Below are positions 58,704 through 64,000 of a stretch of DNA of 64,000 nt, in pieces; within the stretch, counting starts at the first letter, position 1; each line of letters starts with the position of its first letter. The DNA lies in assembly GCA_902773355.1 (NCBI GenBank), contig CACYEI010000030.1, positions 30,822 to 94,821 on the forward strand. Direction: 5' to 3'. The stretch is from an uncultured Spirochaetales bacterium. GTDB taxonomy: Bacteria; Spirochaetota; Spirochaetia; Sphaerochaetales; Sphaerochaetaceae. Position numbers and translations under genes: made by a program. Below the pieces are notes generated by a model. It made no database searches, was not told the origin of the DNA, and saw nothing but the letters and a program-made list of their open reading frames with translations.

Positions 58704-61700
58704 TCAGTTCTGTCCACGTTTTTTTATTATCTCTTCATCACGCTCTGTTAAAGCCACAGGTTTTCCTTTTGAGTCATATACACTCATATCTAAAGCAAGC
58801 CCTCTGATTTCCTGAACTAAAACATTGAATGCCTCAGGCATTCCTGCATTAATTGAAGGTTCTCCTTTAACAATGCTCTCATAGGTAGAAACTCTACCTT
58901 TCATATCATCACTCTTAATAGTCAAGAGTTCTTGTAATGTATTAGCTGCACCATAAGCTTCTAATGCCCAGACTTCCATCTCTCCTAACCTCTGACCACC
59001 AAACTGAGCTTTTCCTCCTAATGGTTGCTGAGTCACTAAGGAATAAGGTCCTGTACTTCTAGCATGCATCTTATCATCTACCAAATGATGTAACTTCAAG
59101 TAGTAGATATAACCGCAGAAAACCTTATTTACAAAAGGTAATCCTGTTCTACCATCATATAAGGTAACTTTTGAATTTGTTGGTAATCCAGCTTCTTTAC
59201 ATTTATCTTCTATTTGTTGCATAGATGCACTTTGGAAGACAGGAGAAGAATACCACTGATCTAAATTAACTGCTGCCCAGCCTAATTGGGTTTCCATTAA
59301 CTGACCAATATTCATTCTAGAAGGTACACCAAGAGGATTCAAGCAAACATCAAGTGTTGTTCCATCTTCCATAAACGGCATGTCTTCCTCTGGAAGAATT
59401 CTGGATACAACACCCTTATTTCCGTGCCGTCCTGCCATTTTATCACCCTGCCTAAGTTTACGCTTTGTAGCAATCAATACTTTTATGGTTTCATCAACTC
59501 CTGGAGCCAGTTCATCTGAATCAGACTTCTTAAGACGCTGAACATCTATAACTATACCTTCTGTCCCATGAGGAACTTTTAAAGAAGAGTCTCTTACATC
59601 CTTAGCTTTTTCACCAAAAATGGAATTCAGCAACCTAAACTCTGGTGTTAGATCAGATTCACTTTTAGGAGTAACCTTTCCCACCAAAATATCACCAGGA
59701 TGAACCATGGTACCAATATTTATAATACCATTATCATCTAATTTCTTTAGTAAAGACTCACTTGCATTAGGTATATCCCTAGTAAGTCTTTCTGAACCAA
59801 GTTTAGTTTCCCTGACATCTATAGAAAATTCGTGAATATGTATAGACGTATAAATATCTTCTTTTACCACACGTTCCGAAATCAAAACAGCATCTTCATA
59901 GTTATAGCCATTCCATGGAACAAAACCTACAAGAATATTTCGTCCAAGTGCTAAATCTCCCCTGTCAGTAGCAGGACCATCTGCTATAACATCACCTGCA
60001 TAAACATCCTGACCATAATTAACAATTGGAACCTGAGTAAAGCACGTATCCTGATTAGTCCTCTGAAATTTCTGAACTACATATTTATCTATCTGTGCAA
60101 CTTTAATCTCGTTTGGTGAAGTCATTACAACATAACCGTCAACCAAACTTTTAAATTCATTTTTTTCAACTGTTTTTTCAGCCTTCTCTTTTACATCTTG
60201 AACCAATATTTGTTTTGCAGAAACAACATCTCCAACACTAACCAAAAAATTCCTACTGTATTCTTTTTTATCATATGCTGGAAGATCCAAACTAACTATA
60301 TCTGAATCAGGAGCAATAACAATGAATTTGTCTGATAAATGAATTAAATAGCCTGTAGAATTGTTTCTTATTTCTTTACGTCCATTCTTAGCTAAAAGAA
60401 TTTCTTTAGAATTCAGTCTCATCCCAAATTTAAAATCTTCTGCTAACTCGTATGAGGAAATATCATAAATTTCAAGATTAGAAGGAGCCACTATGATTAA
60501 TGAAGAAGAAACATAAATAACTTTACCGTTATTTTGAGCCTTAATTAAAACCCCAGAATCCATAGCAGTTTTATGTTCCATTCCAGTTCCCACTCTTGGT
60601 GCTTCAGGGAAAACCAGCGGTACAGCTTGACGCTGCATGTTAGAACCCATAAGTGCCCTGTTTGCATCATCATGTTCCAAAAATGGAATTAAAGAGGCAG
60701 CAACAGAAACTACCTGTTTCGGAGAGACATCCATATACTTAATTTCCGGATCATCTGCTCTTCTAGTTGTATAATCACCCTTATTTCTTACAGGTATATC
60801 TTCTTCAGCAAATGAGCCATCTTTATTTAATTTTGCATTAGCTTGAGCAATAAAATACTTTTCTTCATCATTTGCATCCAAATACTTAACTTCCCTTGTG
60901 GCCACTCCTCCCACTACTTTTCTATAAGGTGTTTCAAGAAAACCATACTTATTAACTCTAGTATAATTAGCCAAGGAAACTATCAAACCAATATTTGGTC
61001 CTTCAGGTGTTTCAATAGGACACATACGTCCATAATGTGTATAATGAACATCTCTAACTTCAAATCCAGCCCTATCTCTATTAAGCCCTCCTGTTCCCAA
61101 AGCAGTCAATCTTCTCTTATGGGTCAGTTCTGCTAATGGATTAATCTGATCCATAAACTGTGAAAACTGAGAAGTACCAAAAAAATCCTTTATTGTTGCA
61201 ACAATAGGCTTATTTGAAATCAAATCCTGAGGCCTCATAGCCTGCTTCTGATCATCCTGAGTAGTATTCATTCGCTCCCTGGCTGTTCTTTCCATTCTAG
61301 AAAAAGCGGCCTTAAGCTGCTGAGTTAAAAGTTCTCCAACGCTTCTGACTCTTCTGTTTCCAAGATGATCAATATCATCTATTGTTTCTTCATGAATATA
61401 TACTTTAATAAGAAAATTCATGGTATCAACAATATCTTGCGGATGTAATGTCACATCATCTTCATCACATACAACATCTTCACCTGCATGAAATTTTTTC
61501 TGGAGTTTATATCTACCTACAGATCCCAAATCATAACGTTTAAGAGAAAAGAACATGCTATTTAAGTCCTTTTCAGCTTTTTCCACAGCAATCACTTCAC
61601 CTGGCATAAGAACTGAATAAATGGCAGAAAGAACTTCTTCTTTTGTTGGTTCATCACTTTCTTCACCTTTAGTATATTTGGCTGCCTCTATTGAAAAACA

Positions 61701-62630
61701 ATTCAAAATCATATCACTATGTAATGTATCTGGTTCTGAAACATCCATATTAACCAAATCCAATGAAGTAATGCCTAAACCTATTAAATTTTCTACATCA
61801 GGTAAAAGAAGTTTATCCCCAGCCTGATATACTTTTGTATTTACTTTTTTATTACCATCAACAATATCTGCATAAACATCTTTGGCAAGATAATTATCCA
61901 CTAATTCATCTTTATGCTGTTCAAGATCTGTAACGTTTTTTATCTTATAGAAGGAATTAATGATAGATTCTCTGCTATCTATTCCTATAGCTCTTAGGAA
62001 GAGTGTTCCAAGAACTCTTTTTTTTCTATCTATTTTAGCATATATTGCATTTTTCTTTTCATCTATTTCAAACTCAAGCCAAGAACCTCTGTATGGAATT
62101 ATTCTAGATGAATAGACAAATTTATCCTTTTCTGAAGATCCAGTTACCCTTTCATAAGAAAAAATAACACCAGGAGATCTGTGAATCTGACTTACAACAA
62201 CACGCTCAGCACCATTTACAATAAAGGTACCACGCTTAGTCATAAGAGGGATATCTCCCATAAAAATCTCTTTCTCTCTAATCTCATCATTTGCAAGAGA
62301 TAGAGTAATAACAGCTTTTAAAGGTACGCTATAGGTACGACTTTTTTTCTTACATTCTATTTCATTATATTTTACATTATCAAAATCTAAAGAATAAGAA
62401 ATGAAATCCAATACCATTTCAGAATTAGGTCCATAAATAGGAAAAACTGATTTGAATACATCCTGTAGTCCAACACTTGGATCTAACGGCTCTCCAGCCT
62501 TTAATTTTTCACTCTGTAAGAATTTTTCATATGAATTCTTCTGTATACTGATTAAATCCGGAAGCTCACAGACTTCATCAAAATCATCTCCTAGATACAG
62601 CCTATCTATAACTTTGGCATCTTTGGCCAT
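58704..62630 (-). CDS. rpoB: DNA-directed RNA polymerase subunit beta
   Basis: Start set at the ATG at 62630 (GGGGGT RBS; MAKDAKV...). Conserved GPNIGLI, RSNQDTC-like and [10 protein letters not shown] motifs. Confidence 0.97.
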   Translation of the reverse strand: MAKDAKVIDRLYLGDDFDEVCELPDLISIQKNSYEKFLQSEKLKAGEPLDPSVGLQDVFKSVFPIYGPNSEMVLDFISYSLDFDNVKYNEIECKKKSRTYSVPLKAVITLSLANDEIREKEIFMGDIPLMTKRGTFIVNGAERVVVSQIHRSPGVIFSYERVTGSSEKDKFVYSSRIIPYRGSWLEFEIDEKKNAIYAKIDRKKRVLGTLFLRAIGIDSRESIINSFYKIKNVTDLEQHKDELVDNYLAKDVYADIVDGNKKVNTKVYQAGDKLLLPDVENLIGLGITSLDLVNMDVSEPDTLHSDMILNCFSIEAAKYTKGEESDEPTKEEVLSAIYSVLMPGEVIAVEKAEKDLNSMFFSLKRYDLGSVGRYKLQKKFHAGEDVVCDEDDVTLHPQDIVDTMNFLIKVYIHEETIDDIDHLGNRRVRSVGELLTQQLKAAFSRMERTARERMNTTQDDQKQAMRPQDLISNKPIVATIKDFFGTSQFSQFMDQINPLAELTHKRRLTALGTGGLNRDRAGFEVRDVHYTHYGRMCPIETPEGPNIGLIVSLANYTRVNKYGFLETPYRKVVGGVATREVKYLDANDEEKYFIAQANAKLNKDGSFAEEDIPVRNKGDYTTRRADDPEIKYMDVSPKQVVSVAASLIPFLEHDDANRALMGSNMQRQAVPLVFPEAPRVGTGMEHKTAMDSGVLIKAQNNGKVIYVSSSLIIVAPSNLEIYDISSYELAEDFKFGMRLNSKEILLAKNGRKEIRNNSTGYLIHLSDKFIVIAPDSDIVSLDLPAYDKKEYSRNFLVSVGDVVSAKQILVQDVKEKAEKTVEKNEFKSLVDGYVVMTSPNEIKVAQIDKYVVQKFQRTNQDTCFTQVPIVNYGQDVYAGDVIADGPATDRGDLALGRNILVGFVPWNGYNYEDAVLISERVVKEDIYTSIHIHEFSIDVRETKLGSERLTRDIPNASESLLKKLDDNGIINIGTMVHPGDILVGKVTPKSESDLTPEFRLLNSIFGEKAKDVRDSSLKVPHGTEGIVIDVQRLKKSDSDELAPGVDETIKVLIATKRKLRQGDKMAGRHGNKGVVSRILPEEDMPFMEDGTTLDVCLNPLGVPSRMNIGQLMETQLGWAAVNLDQWYSSPVFQSASMQQIEDKCKEAGLPTNSKVTLYDGRTGLPFVNKVFCGYIYYLKLHHLVDDKMHARSTGPYSLVTQQPLGGKAQFGGQRLGEMEVWALEAYGAANTLQELLTIKSDDMKGRVSTYESIVKGEPSINAGMPEAFNVLVQEIRGLALDMSVYDSKGKPVALTERDEEIIKKRGQN

Positions 62631-62666
62631 AAATACCCCCATCAGTTGTTATGAGTAAATTAGAAG

Positions 62667-62697
62667 AAAACTCCTGTATGAAAAATACAGGAGTTTT
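62667..62697 (-). terminator. Hairpin between rplL and rpoB (attenuator/partial terminator)
   Basis: 12-bp stem AAAACTCCTGTA/TACAGGAGTTTT with a 7-nt loop, followed on the minus strand by CTTCT. This is the classical position of the rplL-rpoB attenuator. Confidence 0.7.
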
Positions 62698-62710
62698 TAA
62701 ATATTTAGGA

Positions 62711-63094
62711 TTACTGGATTTCAACTACACAGCCTTCAGCTTCAAGTTTACCTTTAATCTCCTCTGCTTCAGCTTTGGAAACTCCTTCTTTTACCTTACC
62801 TCCAGCTTCTACTAAATCCTTAGCTTCTTTTAAGCCAAGCTCTGGAACCACACCTCTAATAGCTTTAATAGCACCAATCTTCTTAGCTGGATCAAAGCTT
62901 TTCAAAATAACATCAAATTCTGTTTTTTCTTCTACTTCTTCAGCAGCAGCTCCTGGGGCTGCTCCCTGTGCTACAACTGCTGTAGCAGCGGTTACACCAA
63001 ACTTTTCTTCCATGGCCTTTATAAGGTCTGAAACCTCTAACACAGTCATGTTAGCAATAGCTTCTAAAATATCATCTTTTGTAATTGTAGCCAT
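62711..63094 (-). CDS. rplL: 50S ribosomal protein L7/L12
   Basis: 127 aa with an Ala-rich hinge and the C-terminal [20 protein letters not shown]. Confidence 0.95.
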   Translation of the reverse strand: MATITKDDILEAIANMTVLEVSDLIKAMEEKFGVTAATAVVAQGAAPGAAAEEVEEKTEFDVILKSFDPAKKIGAIKAIRGVVPELGLKEAKDLVEAGGKVKEGVSKAEAEEIKGKLEAEGCVVEIQ

Positions 63095-63156
63095 ATTAAC
63101 TTCTCCTTAAATAATATTAACGTTGATAGCAGGTTACTTTGAAGACTAACAACGTT

Positions 63157-63675
63157 TTAATTTCCTGAATTATTTTCAAGTTTTTCTTTATATGCCAATA
63201 GTGTGGCAGCCACTTTTTGAACAGGTGCTAGCATAGTTCCCATAAGCATACTTATGAGATCTAATCTTCCCGGTAACTTAGCAAATGCTTCAACACTAGA
63301 TGCATCCATAGCATTACCATCTAAATAACCACCCCTAACTTTTAACTTATCTCCAGTATCTTTCTGAGCATCTACTACTATTTTTGCTATTGGATTCTGA
63401 TCCGTACCCTTAATTAGAATCACTGCCGTAGGACCAACAAGATTATTTGTTATAGAATCATATCCAAGTTCATTAAAGGCAATTTTAGCATAACTATTTT
63501 TTACAACTCTACAAAAAGAATTTTTAGCCCTTAAATTTTTTCTAAGTTCAGTTATCTCTGAAACAGTAAGTCCTCTATAATCAGCAAATATAAATCCATC
63601 AAAACCAGAAAATTCATCTTTCAACTGTTTTACTGAAGTTTCCTTAGCCGTATTTACTCTTGTTTTATATTCCAT
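63157..63675 (-). CDS. rplJ: 50S ribosomal protein L10
   Basis: 172 aa with DYRGLTVSEITELR typical of L10. Confidence 0.93.
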   Translation of the reverse strand: MEYKTRVNTAKETSVKQLKDEFSGFDGFIFADYRGLTVSEITELRKNLRAKNSFCRVVKNSYAKIAFNELGYDSITNNLVGPTAVILIKGTDQNPIAKIVVDAQKDTGDKLKVRGGYLDGNAMDASSVEAFAKLPGRLDLISMLMGTMLAPVQKVAATLLAYKEKLENNSGN

Positions 63676-63687
63676 ATCATCACTCCA

Positions 63688-64000
63688 TTAAAGAATAGTT
63701 TTGAAATCTAGTGAAATTCCAGGTCCCATAGTTGAAGCAAAAGAAACACTTTGGACAAAATCCCCTTTGGCATCTGATGGTTTTCTTCTTACCACTTCCT
63801 TTATAGCTGCTTCGGCATTTTCAGCTATTTTTTCAAACGGCATGGAAACTTTCCCTATAGCCATGTGGACTACACCTGTTTTATCAGAACGGAATTCAGT
63901 TCTACCCTTTTTCAATTCTGCTAACGCCCCTTTTATATCCATGGTTACTGTCTGGGTTTTTGGGTTAGGCATAAGACCTCTTCTTCCTAAAATTGGTCCT
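63688..64000 (-). CDS. rplA: 50S ribosomal protein L1, 5' end outside window
   Basis: The frame stays open to the window edge ([19 protein letters not shown]...). This is the C-terminal part of L1. Confidence 0.9.
   Translation of the reverse strand, partial: GPILGRRGLMPNPKTQTVTMDIKGALAELKKGRTEFRSDKTGVVHMAIGKVSMPFEKIAENAEAAIKEVVRRKPSDAKGDFVQSVSFASTMGPGISLDFKTIL

Noticed and set aside
1-64000. CRISPR arrays, rRNA genes, or canonical defence systems (restriction-modification, toxin-antitoxin, CBASS, Gabija and similar)
   Set aside because: No regularly spaced repeats, no rRNA-like conserved stretches, and no proteins with the corresponding signature motifs were seen on either strand.

Overview
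This is a visibly AT-rich, densely coding bacterial chromosomal segment, and most of it is housekeeping. At the right end, on the minus strand, lie rplA (partial)-rplJ-rplL-rpoB-rpoC-rpsL-rpsG. These are followed not by fusA/tuf but by an oadGAB Na+-decarboxylase operon, then a NUDIX hydrolase, a SIMPL lipoprotein, rpsT, lnt, cinA and mnmA. The middle holds addB and addA separated by a 1.5 kb insert, aroA, several orphan lipoproteins, hsp20, an LMW-PTP fusion, a decayed array of AAA_14/DUF4143 ATPase paralogues and an RpoS/RpoD-like sigma factor gene. The left part holds a GH57 gene (partial) and the t6A genes tsaE/tsaB/tsaD, with tsaB fused in frame to trxB. It also holds an aminotransferase and a double-length thymidine-kinase-fold protein coupled to deoC. 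Two paralogous secreted Y_phosphatase3-type proteins flank an EFG-II type EF-G paralogue. The remaining left-part genes are an acyl-ACP thioesterase, rubrerythrin, copA, tRNA-Val, rpsU, ppdK, mgtE and a yitT-family gene. I saw no transposase, integrase, CRISPR array or recognisable defence system. The most notable observations are: (1) two near-identical sigma-54 type -24/-12 promoters, one before the sigma factor gene and one before hsp20, each with repeat elements at enhancer distance; (2) a promoter-driven 100-nt structured RNA whose apical hairpin resembles SRP/4.5S RNA; (3) several gene-decay events resolvable to the nucleotide, namely a 10-bp tandem duplication, an in-frame TGA and an in-frame TAA; (4) unusual gene fusions and couplings. 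All functional calls rest on motif recognition by eye, and no database search was run.
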